From: Lama guanicoe
Taxonomy: Eukaryota
Assembly: GCA_013239625.1 (NCBI GenBank)
Contig: MU056029.1
Coordinates: 1-64,000, forward strand
Length of the DNA: 64,000 bases
Direction of reading: 5' to 3'
Made by a program: the position numbers and the translations under genes. This document shows, piece by piece, positions 1 through 10,226 of this stretch (positions are counted from its first letter, which is position 1; every line of letters begins with the position of its first letter). The notes beneath the pieces are model-generated. The model was given only the letters and a program-made list of their open reading frames with translations. It made no database searches and was not told where the DNA came from.

Positions 1-196
1 CCCCATCAAAATCCCATATGCCAAGTCCCCTCCCCTAGTGGGTTGAGACACGCATTGATTGGTGTCCCAGGGAAAGAGGAAGGTTGTAATTGATTGCGGG
101 CTTACCCACAGATAAAGGTGGGTTGGCATGAAGCTTGCTCTCTGAGAACCTGGGTCCACCTCTGAAGCGTGCATGTGATTTCTGTCCCCTTGCCAG

Positions 197-339
197 GTGG
201 GGTTGCCGGGCCAGGCTTGCCGTCAGCCAAGACAAGACGTCCTTCTCGTTTCCTGGTGACTGGTGGTGGCCCTGAAGTCCCCCAAGTAGTGCCTTGGACC
301 CAGGGTGCTGACCCTTCCCGGGAATCGCTCAGGATGACG
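197..339 (+). ncRNA. SNHG14: Putative SNHG14 (116HG) host exon of the canonical SNORD116 unit
   Basis: Acceptor tttctgtccccttgccAG ends at 196; donor GACG/gtacgc at 340; 215 nt upstream of the snoRNA; paralogous to the exon at 2891. Confidence 0.6.
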
Positions 340-554
340 GTACGCCTTCCCCTCCCCCACCCCAAGTCCTGGCGTTTGCTTTCGGGTTTTCTCTGACTGC
401 CCGAAAGAAGGGCAGAAAAGCTCGACAGAGACTGTTTCTCAGCGGCTTGCTGGCTCTGGTTTGCTCAGCTTGCTGGAGGTCTCCGAGCTCATTGGCTCCT
501 CTGTGGAGCCTCCCAGCCTGCCATGTGGAGTTGTCCAGCCTGCCAGCACGTGCT

Positions 555-649
555 CGGATCGATGATGACTCCCTCATATGCATTCCTTGGAAATCTGAAC
601 AAAATGAGTGAGAACTCACTACCGTCGTTCTCATCGGAACTGAGGTCCA
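555..649 (+). ncRNA. SNORD116: SNORD116 (HBII-85) box C/D snoRNA, canonical intact copy
   Basis: Sequence CGGATCGATGATGACTCCCTCATATGCATTCCTTGGAAATCTGAACAAAATGAGTGAGAACTCACTACCGTCGTTCTCATCGGAACTGAGGTCCA. C box ATGATGA 562-568, D' CTGA 595-598, D box CTGA 640-643, terminal stem GGATC/GGTCC extended by ACGTGCT/AGCACGT. Closely matches the SNORD116 consensus as I recall it (CATTCCTTGGAAA.CTGAACAAAATGAGTGAGAACTC...TTCTCATCGGAACTGAGGTCCA). Confidence 0.97.
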
Positions 650-2890
650 GCACGTTGCCACCCCGGGGGCTAGGGCATAGTTAGCAGTGAGGTGCAGCTT
701 GCCCTCGCTCGCACTGCTGCAAACACCCGCCACGGTGCCAGCATTAGAGAGCCTCCCGTCTGAGGGTCGGTCGTGTGCAAGCATTCGTCGAGACAGCTGG
801 AATCGGAGGTCGTTGTTTGAGTGACCATTGTGGGATGTGATGGTGGCCAGCTGCTCTGCTGCTGGTCGAAGGGGGAGTGCCAAATTGGCCAAGGCCCTGT
901 GAGCAGGTGGCATGCAAAAGTTGGTTTGAGGCAGCTTCACGCTATTTGGGGTGTGGCCCGAGGTCGAGTGTGTCTCAGAGCCAAGGAGAAGGGGTGTGGG
1001 TGTTTTTTCCCACTGCAGCAGCAGTGTAGGCATGTGCCACGCGTGTTCAGGACTTCCTTGGTCTTGGAGAGGACTCCTGAGTGCCCAGTGGCTATGTGGC
1101 GTTTCCCGGTGGGTGAAGTGCCGGGAGCAGGCTGAGGGACTGGGTGGCGGTGCTAGCCTTGCAGCTCCCTCCTGCACCCACTGCCCCCGTGTTGGTGCCA
1201 GGGCGCAAGCATGGGGCGTGCTGAGGACTCAGCGCTGCCTCCAAGCAACTGCGGTAGCTGATGGCCTGGACCGGAAGGGAAGGGTCCGCTGAAGTTAACG
1301 CTGGCGTGGTATTGTGTGTTTTCCTGTGCCACGCTGTCCTCCTGTTGTTCCTCCTGCTGTGCTGGAAGTCTGAGGAATGTGTCTGTTTGAAGAGGGTCTG
1401 TCCATAAAAGCCTAGGGAGGAAGGCTTTTCTGTTCCGTAGGGATGGGCAGTGAGTGCTAGCAGAGCCCTGAAGCCTTGGCTTGCTGACTCGTCCAAGAGA
1501 CTCCCAAGAGGTGTCTTGCAGGAGCCTGAGAGAGATCCGCCGGCAGCCGGGGTCCAGATGACTGACAAAAACATGGCCTTTAGCCCCTTGGCCTCTTGGT
1601 CCATGAATGTGCAATGTGAAAGGGTTCCTTTAGGCGGGAGCCACGTTTCTGGCCCAGAGGGTCCCCTTCCCCATGGCATGTGTTGACATTTAGCCCTGCT
1701 AGTGCGTGGGCATGGCATATGTTTGCTGAGATCCTGGATGGGCTGCTGTGGACAGTCACCTCCTCAGGTCGCCCACGTCGATTTTTGTTTTCCAAATAGT
1801 ATTCTTCTTTCAGTTCTTACTCTCAGCTTCATATATTGATCATTGAATCTCTTTATCTTGGTTGTTTTTCTGTGCTCAGATATTGTCCTATTTTGAGTTT
1901 CAGTGTACGCCTTTTCCAATTTCACATGCTTTATTCCTGTTCCCTATATTCGTAGTCCTCCTCTTCAAGTAATGTCTCAGGATTTTTCTCTGTTGGCTAC
2001 CCCTCGTTTTATGTGTATATTGTTTGTACTAATCGAGAGTTTGTTCTTTTCTTCAAAATTCAGTGCCCTGACTTTGCCCTAGATGGTTATAGACAGTTGG
2101 TTGTCACTCTTGTGCCCTGTTTTCTTTGGCTTTTCACCCACGATTATGTTGTCTTCACAGCATTCCTCCCCTGTCTTTGAGCATGCCTTGTACATGTTTT
2201 GAGGCATAGCTCACAGAAAGTGGTTTCTGTATTCTCAATATATAGCAACTTGAGTTTAATACGGAATTCTTGTGTCCTGACACCAGTTTCAGGGTGCTGT
2301 GAGGTTTCAATTTAATGGTTTCTTTGTTGACATAGGCATGGGTTTTGCCTCCAGTTCCACCCCACTTGTTTTCGCCTGTTCCTACACATTGTCCTCATGT
2401 ATATCACTTCCATGCATGGAAAATTTGCATTGTTTGAGTTTGTTGCTTTGACAGTAGTAGTGACTGTTAGATATCTTAGCCATTTTCAGCTGCTTCTGTT
2501 GTTTAAAGATGACATGGGCACTTTGTAACGTAAGGGTCTTCTGCCATTTTGTGGCAGGTTGGGTGTCTATGGCACTGAGTTCAAATCATGAATTTTCAGG
2601 CACTGAGTTCTCCTGGAAGAAACACAGTGACACACAGAGATCCAGTTTGGCAATACATTCACATACCCATTCACAGAGGCACACTCACACACACACAAAC
2701 ACACACACATATGCCATGCTGTCTACCCTCGTTGGGTCAGGCACACATTCATTGGTACCCAAGGGATTGAGGAATGAATGTCGCAGATAGAGTGCTTATC
2801 CCCAAATAAACTTTGTTTTACATGGAGCATGCTCTCTGAGATGCTGGATTCAATTCTGAATCATGCATGTGATTTCTGTCCACTTGTCAG

Positions 2891-3032
2891 ATGGAGGTGT
2901 TTGGCCAGGTTCATCAATACTCAAGACAAGGAGACCTTCCCATTTTCTGGTGACTGGTGGTGGCTGGAGGCTGTGGAAGAAAATGGGTGTTCTCAGGGTG
3001 AGTACCCTTCCTGTGGATCACTCAGGATAACA
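2891..3032 (+). ncRNA. SNHG14: Putative SNHG14 host exon, unit 2 (alternative donors at 2998 GTGAGT and 3033 GTATGC)
   Basis: Acceptor tttctgtccacttgtcAG ends at 2890; aligns by eye with 197-339. Confidence 0.5.
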
Positions 3033-3247
3033 GTATGCATTCCTCTTACCCTCCCCAAGTACTGGCATTTGCTTTTGGATTTTCTTTGACTGCTTGAGTT
3101 GTGGCCCAAAAGGATTTATTATTGCTGTTGCTCAGTGGCTTGCTGGCTCTGTATTCCCCAGGCAGCTGGAGGTCTCCGAGCTCATTGGCTCCTCTGTGGC
3201 ACTGAACAGCCTGCCTTGTTGAGTTCTCCAGCATGCCAGCAAGTGCT

Positions 3248-3326
3248 CGGATCAATGATGACCCCCTCATATGCATTCCTTGATAATCTGAACATGATGA
3301 ATGAGAACACACTACTGTTGTCCTCA
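3248..3326 (+). pseudogene. SNORD116: SNORD116 pseudo-copy, 3'-truncated (D box and 3' stem deleted)
   Basis: CGGATCAATGATGACCCCCTCATATGCATTCCTTGATAATCTGAACATGATGAATGAGAACACACTACTGTTGTCCTCA aligns with 555-633, then jumps to sequence homologous to ~1080-1170. Confidence 0.9.
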
Positions 3327-3972
3327 GAGGTGCTGGGGCGGTGTTGGTTTGGTGCCACGATGGGGCTGATTGATTGGGTTGCAGTGCTAGCCTTCACAGC
3401 TTCATTGTTGCACCTAGTGACCCAGGGCTGTTGCCAAAGGCTGAAGCATGGAACATGCCGAGGTCTCAGTGCTGCCTTCCAGCATCTCAGGAGGCTGATG
3501 GCCTAGACTGGAAGGGAAGATTATGGTGAAGTCAGGGCTAGTATGATATTGTTTGATTTCTTGTAACCCATTGTACTCATTTTTCTCTTTCTGCCATCCT
3601 GGAATTCCTAGGTCCCTTGGTTTGTTTGATTTTTCTGGGCCTCCATGTGGCTCTTGCTAATCCTACATGAGGTGCTGAAAGTTTTTTCTTTAGAGTGGGA
3701 TGTCAAAGATTCTCACTGTGGTAAGTGAGACTCTAACATACCAAAATCAATAGTTTCTCTTGGTTCAAGCACCTCAGTTACATGGGATGACCCAACCTGT
3801 GTCACCCAGGTTTTAGCCTTTTGTGGTCCAGAAAGAGTTTCTCCAGTCTAGAAATCTTCCAAGCTATGTAAGTGAGAATGCCTACAGTGTAGGTATTACT
3901 CGGCCAGCTGATCAATGAATGTCTGTTATAAATCTTTGCTCACTTTTGCTCTGCTTCTATAATTTAACTTAG

Positions 3973-4103
3973 AGTCAGCAGTTGTTTTCATATGAAAGAA
4001 TTCACTTTTCTCACCCTGAGAAGTGAAATGATGGGGTATATCATAACTCAATCTGCTATCCAAACCTCACAGTTCAGTGATTCCAGTTGGAATTCCAGCA
4101 CTG
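3973..4103 (+). ncRNA. SNHG14: Putative SNHG14 host exon (group III-type unit)
   Basis: Acceptor aacttAG ends at 3972; donor CTG/gtaagc at 4104; internal motif tttcatatgaaaga is shared with the exons at 4757, 5795, 7481, 9837 and 11561. Confidence 0.55.
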
Positions 4104-4315
4104 GTAAGCATTTGTCCTGAAAGTACTGACGTTCCTCTTAGAGCACTGTAACATTCCAGTGATGCTGACTCCAGCCAAGCTAACTGACTATGAGACTAGT
4201 TTATTGCCTGTGGTCATTGGTCTCCATGACTGAAAACAGTGGGTCGTCGTGCCTGAGGGTGTTGGAATCCTGAGAGCTCCATATCTCTTATTTAATACCC
4301 TTTTACAAATGTACC

Positions 4316-4399
4316 TGTACTGATGATGACTTCAAAAGTGGGTCTCAGAGGAGTCTGAAGAAAATGATTGACACGGCCAGTTCTGTGAGAAAAGGTACA
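4316..4399 (+). pseudogene. SNORD116: Divergent SNORD116 (group III-like) copy with degenerate D box
   Basis: C box ATGATGA 4323-4329, D' CTGA, aaaatgattgac core, stem CTGTAC/GTACAG. The expected CTGA before GGTACAG reads AAAA. Confidence 0.75.
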
Positions 4400-4756
4400 G
4401 CACAGGGCGCTGTTCTAGCCAGAAAACGTGGAAGGAGTTCAATTGAGAAGTAGCACCAACAGGGACCGTGTTTGAAAGCTAACCTGATCGCATAAATTAC
4501 AGGAAATAAATTTTACAATTGTCTATAGCTATCTGAATGTCTGGTGGCTGAAAATACTGGACAGTATTTATTCTGTTGGAGGTTAGAGATTAACACAATT
4601 AATATATTTGAAATGTCATCAGAAACATCATAGGAGACAAATACATTAGTTTATTTTAGCATGGGGACACATTTTTGAACTCTACCACACGCCTGGCAGA
4701 CCAGTGGACACATTTACTTCTCCCCTCTCCACATTTCACTTTATTCCTGCATGCAG

Positions 4757-4856
4757 CATGGGTCAAGTGCTGGGTTTCATATGAAAGAGAGGTGAAATGA
4801 AGGAGCATATTGAGAATAATCCTGCCTTCCCATCCTTAAGGTCCATTCTCAAACTG
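4757..4856 (+). ncRNA. SNHG14: Putative SNHG14 host exon of a unit with no snoRNA
   Basis: Acceptor ttattcctgcatgcAG; donor CTG/gtaagc at 4857; paralogous to the neighbouring exons. Confidence 0.55.
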
Positions 4857-5739
4857 GTAAGCATTTTGTCCTGAGAAAACTACCTTCCTCTTAGGGGCAA
4901 TGTAATATCCCAATAATAGTAAGTCTTTGATATGCTGGAGCCTAGGGAAGTGGCTGTGACATTGGATCTCCATGACTGAATAGGGCAAGTCATTGTGACC
5001 ATAGGTAATGAACTTCTTGTGTTTTTATATAGATTTCATGTCTTCCACCCTCAATGTGTTTTAAATGTGTGTAAGAGAGATATTGGTTATAATGCATGGT
5101 TCTGAGGCATGTGCACTGGGGAACTTTGAGACTAATGTCTTATAAAAATTAATCTGTGTATCACTATGTTCCAAAGAGTGAATGTAACTCTTTGTTAATG
5201 TAGCTAGTCGAGTGACTATCTAGGGTCAATGTTATGTAAGCTTTTAATATTTGACATTCCATTAAGAAGATTTTGTTTCTCAACTTCACTAATTTCTCTT
5301 GTGCTTTGTAGTTGGAAGTGACGTTGAATGGAAGGTGCATTTTGTCGCTCAGAATTCTCACCACCACACCAAAGAAGGGCTGGTTTTGTCATTGGTAGCA
5401 GCTTTCTCAACTGGGAATAACAAGAATAGTGTTTCAGAGACAACAACACAATTTTCAATAAGTTTTTTGCAGGATAATTCATTCATTTCTAAGAAATCAG
5501 GAATTCATATGGTTTTTGAAGACTGTAAATTCAAATACTGTGAGGCATTAATAACATGGTGAGTTATTCATGCTTTGTGTCTCCTTTATTTCCAGAATTT
5601 TTGCTCTTTCTTTGCTGAGATGAATAGTTTAAAACATCTAAGTAAAGAAATGAATTAATATAGGTAAATGCAGGTGCACAGTGAATTAATCTTTTGCTTG
5701 GTTGATACATGGCCATTATTATTTCTCATCTTTACTTAT

Positions 5740-5790
5740 ATTTACTCTATTACTACATACATTTACTCTATTACTACATATATTTACTCT
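5740..5790. repeat. 21-bp tandem repeat (ATTTACTCTATTACTACATAY x ~2.5)
   Basis: Direct repeats at 5740, 5761 and 5782, immediately before a splice acceptor. Confidence 0.9.
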
Positions 5791-5794
5791 ACAG

Positions 5795-5924
5795 TTCAAG
5801 ATGGACCAAGAGCTGGGTTTCACATGAATGAGTTTTTTCCCTCCTCTTGAGATCAGACATGAAGAAGAATTTCAAGAATAATTCTGCCTCTCATCTTTAT
5901 GGGCCACTGGGAATTTTTATACTG
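5795..5924 (+). ncRNA. SNHG14: Putative SNHG14 host exon
   Basis: Acceptor tttactctacAG ends at 5794; donor CTG/gtaagc at 5925. Confidence 0.6.
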
Positions 5925-6142
5925 GTAAGCAATTTGTCCTGAAGATACTGACATTCCACTCAGGGAATTGTAACCCCTCAGTGACAATGAGACTCTGGCT
6001 GTGCTAGCCAGCCATGGAGTCATCAGTGATGCTGGCCTCCATGGTTGAATAGTGTGGACCAGTGTGTCCCAGGGAAAGGGGGTCCTGGGAGCTCTGTGTC
6101 TGCCACATATCTCAGGATCAAGCTCTCTTGTACAAATGTGCC

Positions 6143-6226
6143 TGAATCGATGATGACTTCAAAAATGGATCTCCTTGGAATATGAACAAAATGAGTGACA
6201 GAATCACTTATGTGAACTGAGGTCCA
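6143..6226 (+). ncRNA. SNORD116: SNORD116 group III-like snoRNA, C and D boxes intact
   Basis: TGAATCGATGATGACTTCAAAAATGGATCTCCTTGGAATATGAACAAAATGAGTGACAGAATCACTTATGTGAACTGAGGTCCA. C box 6150-6156, D box 6217-6220, D' degenerate (ATGA). Resembles the distal human SNORD116 copies as recalled. Confidence 0.9.
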
Positions 6227-7097
6227 GCACAAGAGACCATGCTAGGCAGAAGTGTGGAGGAATATTCCATTTGCTCAGCTAGTGGTGCCTCCCAAAATGG
6301 ACGACAATTTTGGAAAACTACAATGTTGGCATACACTAAAGGAAATGAATTATACAGGGACTAGGTCACCACTGTAGAATGACAAATCTTTGAGTGACTG
6401 GCAGGCAGCACCCTCACAACCATGGAGAACAAGCGCAAGAGTAATGGACCCTGTGGGGAATGGTTGTGCTTACACTTGAGCCATTCACACAGCTCCGTTA
6501 GATGTTACAGCCTGTTGTGGTGCTCAGCGTGTTTAGGTCTGTGAGACAGTCAGTTAGAAAGAAATGATTAGTTTTTGCTTGTCATTTACCTCTTAAGTAA
6601 AAGAAATATGGAAAATTGAAGAGTTGATTGTATTGATCACATTAGCTTATGACCTGTTTTAATTTGCTTGCTAACCCGTCAAAAGATTAGAGTAAGATTT
6701 TTCTTGTCACTCAGGGAGAAATTTTCTAGATATTTGATTATGGATTAAATTAGATACTTCATTAAACACGTTTAACATGAAATGATCAAATTTCCAATTC
6801 TTGGAATTTTATGTGGATATCATTGGCTAATATTCATATTCTTTCAATGGGTTTATATGTTTAAAGGGAAGTTTTAACTTCAGTAAATAATAGAGGGAAT
6901 TTTTAGTCAAATTTGTGAACAAGGTCTTAGAAAAATTGATTTTCTATAACTACCCTTTTCTAGGCAACAAACAATTTTTCTACTTATATAGATGTTCAAG
7001 TGAATTCTGTAGTTAATTCCTTATTACTTTTGTCAGTTAACATTCAACTGAGAAGGTTTTGTTTCACAACTTCCTTTGTTTCCTCTGTGCTTTGTAG

Positions 7098-7210
7098 ACT
7101 GGAAATGATTTGGGAATTACATGGAATACTCACCACCATAAACAGGTGTTGGTTTTGTTGTTCTCACCTGTTCCCTTTCCTGGGATAAAACAAAACAATG
7201 CACTCCAAAG
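7098..7210 (+). ncRNA. SNHG14: Putative second-type SNHG14 repeat exon (paralogs start at 5312, 8771, 11108)
   Basis: Acceptor tttcctctgtgctttgtAG and donor AAG/gtaata. The same acceptor context recurs in four units; 11108-11236 ends in GAG/gtaatt. Confidence 0.45.
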
Positions 7211-7480
7211 GTAATAACCAATTTTAAACAAATTTCCTTTTTATGATTTGTAATCAAGTAGATAATTGGTTTTGTAAAGTATCTGTTAATCCAAATAATG
7301 TGAGCTATTAATTATCCAGCAAGTTGTCCAATATTTTTGTCTCCTTTTTGTGAAACATTCTATTTCAGTAATATGAGTATAATGATATGAAGGTACATAA
7401 TAAAACCTCTTGTTTTGTGAATTTTTGACAAATAGACATATATAATCTCATTTTTCTATATTTTTACTCTATTTCCACAG

Positions 7481-7608
7481 GTATTGACCAGTAGCTGAGT
7501 TTCATATGAAAGAGCTTATTTCTTCCTCTTGAGAGGTGACATGAAGGAAAGTATTAAAAAAAAGTTTCATAATCTCATCCTCAAGAACCAGTGGGAGTTC
7601 TAACATCA
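7481..7608 (+). ncRNA. SNHG14: Putative SNHG14 host exon
   Basis: Acceptor tttttactctatttccacAG ends at 7480; donor TCA/gtaagc at 7609. Confidence 0.6.
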
Positions 7609-7833
7609 GTAAGCCTTTTGTCCTGAAAATACTGGCATTCCTCTTAGGACACTGTAACATGCATATGACAGTGCAACTCTGGCTGTGCTGGTCAGTCATG
7701 AGAGTGTCACTGACTGTGATGACTGGTCTCCATCATTGAATACTGTAGGTCAGCTTGTCTAAAGGTATCAGAACCCTGAGTGCTCAGTGCCTACCACATA
7801 CCTTAGTATCAAAGCCCCTTTTCCTAATGTGCC

Positions 7834-7915
7834 TGGATCATTTATGACTTCAAATCTGGATCTCATTGGAATATGAACAAACTGAGTGGCATGGTCACAT
7901 GTCAGCTAAGGTCCC
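7834..7915 (+). pseudogene. SNORD116: Degenerate SNORD116 group III-like copy
   Basis: TGGATCATTTATGACTTCAAATCTGGATCTCATTGGAATATGAACAAACTGAGTGG...GCTAAGGTCC. C box mutated to TTTATGA and D box to CTAA. Confidence 0.85.
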
Positions 7916-9836
7916 TCTCTTGGACCATAGGAGGCAAAATTATGGGGGGCGTTCAGCTGGTCTAGTAGCAGTACCAGCCAGGACTAGAGTGTTTGAAAGC
8001 TCACCTGACTGCATATATTAAGGGAAATGAGTTGTACAGAGGTACATAAATGTCTGGTTTAGGGATGATGGCATGGCACCATCCACTCACTCACAGTCAT
8101 CAGACTCTGGGAACCAGCACATGAGTAGTGAGACCCAGGAGATATGTTTTTGTCTACTTTGAGCCGTTCGCACAACTTTCTTAGATGCTGCAGTCTGGTT
8201 AGTGAGTGGTAGTCTATCGATTACATAGTCACTGCAAAAGATACTATGTCTTTACTTATCAATTTTTTGGATAAAGCAAATATATGGAAATTTAAAAGTA
8301 GTTTCTATCTACAGGAATATCTTAGAGCATAGTTTGACTTGACTATTAGCTCAGTCATAAGAATTCAAGAACTCTTTTTTCTTTTCACCCAACAATAAAC
8401 TTTCTAGACATTTGGATGATAGATTCAAGTAGATGGGCACTCAATCTTTTTAATTGTGAAATTGTTGCTTTTTCAATTCTTGGCATTTTATTGGTTAATA
8501 TTCATATTCCTTTAGTCTGTTTCATATGTATCTTAAGGGAGATCCCAGTTTTAATGAGTGATACTGAGGGTCCTTTAGAGAAACTTTGGCCAGGTCTTAG
8601 GACAAACAACTTTCTATAGTCTCCTGTTCCATGGAACATGTGTATTTTTGTCATGCCACACAGTTGGTCAGCAAATGTATATAATTAATTCCTTATAACT
8701 TCTTCTCAATTAATATTCAATTCGCAAGGTTTTCCTTCTCAATAACTCTAATTTCCTCTGTGGCTTGTAGGTTGGAAAAAGCACTGGAATTGCATGGGAT
8801 TCTCAGCCACCTCACCAAGGCAGAGATGGCTTTGTTATTTCTACCAGCTCCCTTATCTGAGAAGAAATACAATGATGCACTCTCATTTTTTATAAATTTT
8901 CCCTGGGTTGTTGTAATTATTTTTAAGTAATCAAGAACTTAACTAGAGTCTGTCCATTCAACAGTGTGAGGCCTTAATAATCTGGTGATTCTTTGAGGCT
9001 CCTTTTTTGTTCTTTTCCAGAATTTTTGTATTTTCTCAGTCTTCCTGTGGATGCCTCATATGGGAATTAAGTGTGGAGGTGATGTCAGGGCTGTTCCTCA
9101 CCACTGTGCCAGAGAGAAGTTTTTTCTACTGAAGGATGTGCTTGCCCAGATGTCACTGAACCCTTAGCTATGTGGCCCGTTGAGCATCTCCCTGACATTA
9201 GGACAGGAAATATTTCATGGTGAGAGGCCTCAGCATCTGACTTATCCTCTCTGCCCAGTCCCAACCCCTCTAGTCACATGTCTGTAATTGTTGTGCCTGT
9301 GCGAGTCCTGCCTGCATTGCTGTGACCATACTGTGTAGCATCAGGCACTGGATAACCCTGTGCATCCTCTGCAAACTGCCAGGTTCCCGAGCTCAGGCAG
9401 GTTAAGTGCTGCAGGTGATTTTAGGTGACTGTTCTTTATTTTCCTATCATAGCTTCTTGCAGTTTCCTCCTCCCCAAGCCACTGGATCATCTTTGGGGAT
9501 AAAATAATTCTGAGATTGAATTTACAGAAATACATGCATGTTGTTGGGATCGACTTGTTCACCAGGCCAACATTTTCCTGGAATTTTAAGCACATTCAGA
9601 CAGTCTGACTGCATATTTCATTTGTCTGGCAGAAAATGTTGAACAATATTTGCTCTTATGGAGGCCAGAGACTGACACAATTAATATTGTTAGAATAACA
9701 TTAGAAATATCCCAGTAGTGCAATTCATTAGCTTATTTAGCAGGAAGGAACATGTTGAACCCTACTGTCTTGTGCCTGACAGACCAATGAACAGGTTTGC
9801 TTCTAATCTTTCCACATTTTTGTTCTATTCCCACAG

Positions 9837-9941
9837 GTCAAAAAGGATAGAGCTCGGGTTTCAGATGAAAATGTTTATTCCTTCCCTTGAGATACGAATG
9901 AAGGAAAGGCCCATCCTCAGAGGCCAGTGGGAATCCTCAGG
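9837..9941 (+). ncRNA. SNHG14: Putative SNHG14 host exon with weakened donor
   Basis: Acceptor ttttgttctattcccacAG ends at 9836; the donor position reads AGG/gtagta instead of gtaagc. Confidence 0.45.
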
Positions 9942-10141
9942 GTAGTATGTCCCTAGAATACTGACATTCCTTCTAAGGATCTTGTAACACTCCACATACT
10001 GCAAGGCATGTCTACGATAGCTGTGGAGCCTGGACCATTGATGAGGGGTCTTCTCCGTGACTGCAGAGGGTGGGTTAGTGATGAACTTTGGAGTTTCTTT
10101 CACTTTCTGAGCTGAACAGTTGCCCTATTTTAGAAACTCTT

Positions 10142-10226
10142 GTTATCAATGATGACTCTAATAGTGGGTCACATTTGAAAATCTGAACAAAATGAGATCC
10201 ACAATCTTCTGTGAAACTGAGGTCCA
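10142..10226 (+). ncRNA. SNORD116: SNORD116 group III-like snoRNA, boxes intact, 5' stem weakened
   Basis: C box ATGATGA 10149-10155, D' CTGA in atCTGAacaaaatgag, D box CTGA 10217-10220, GGTCCAGCA 3' end. The 5' flank is TTATC rather than GGATC. Confidence 0.85.

Noticed and set aside
329..1718. Long ORFs (282 aa, 208 aa, 153 aa) on the minus strand
   Set aside because: They lie in the GC-rich SNORD116 unit antisense to the snoRNA, overlap in several frames, show no recognisable domain, and are not preserved in the paralogous unit.
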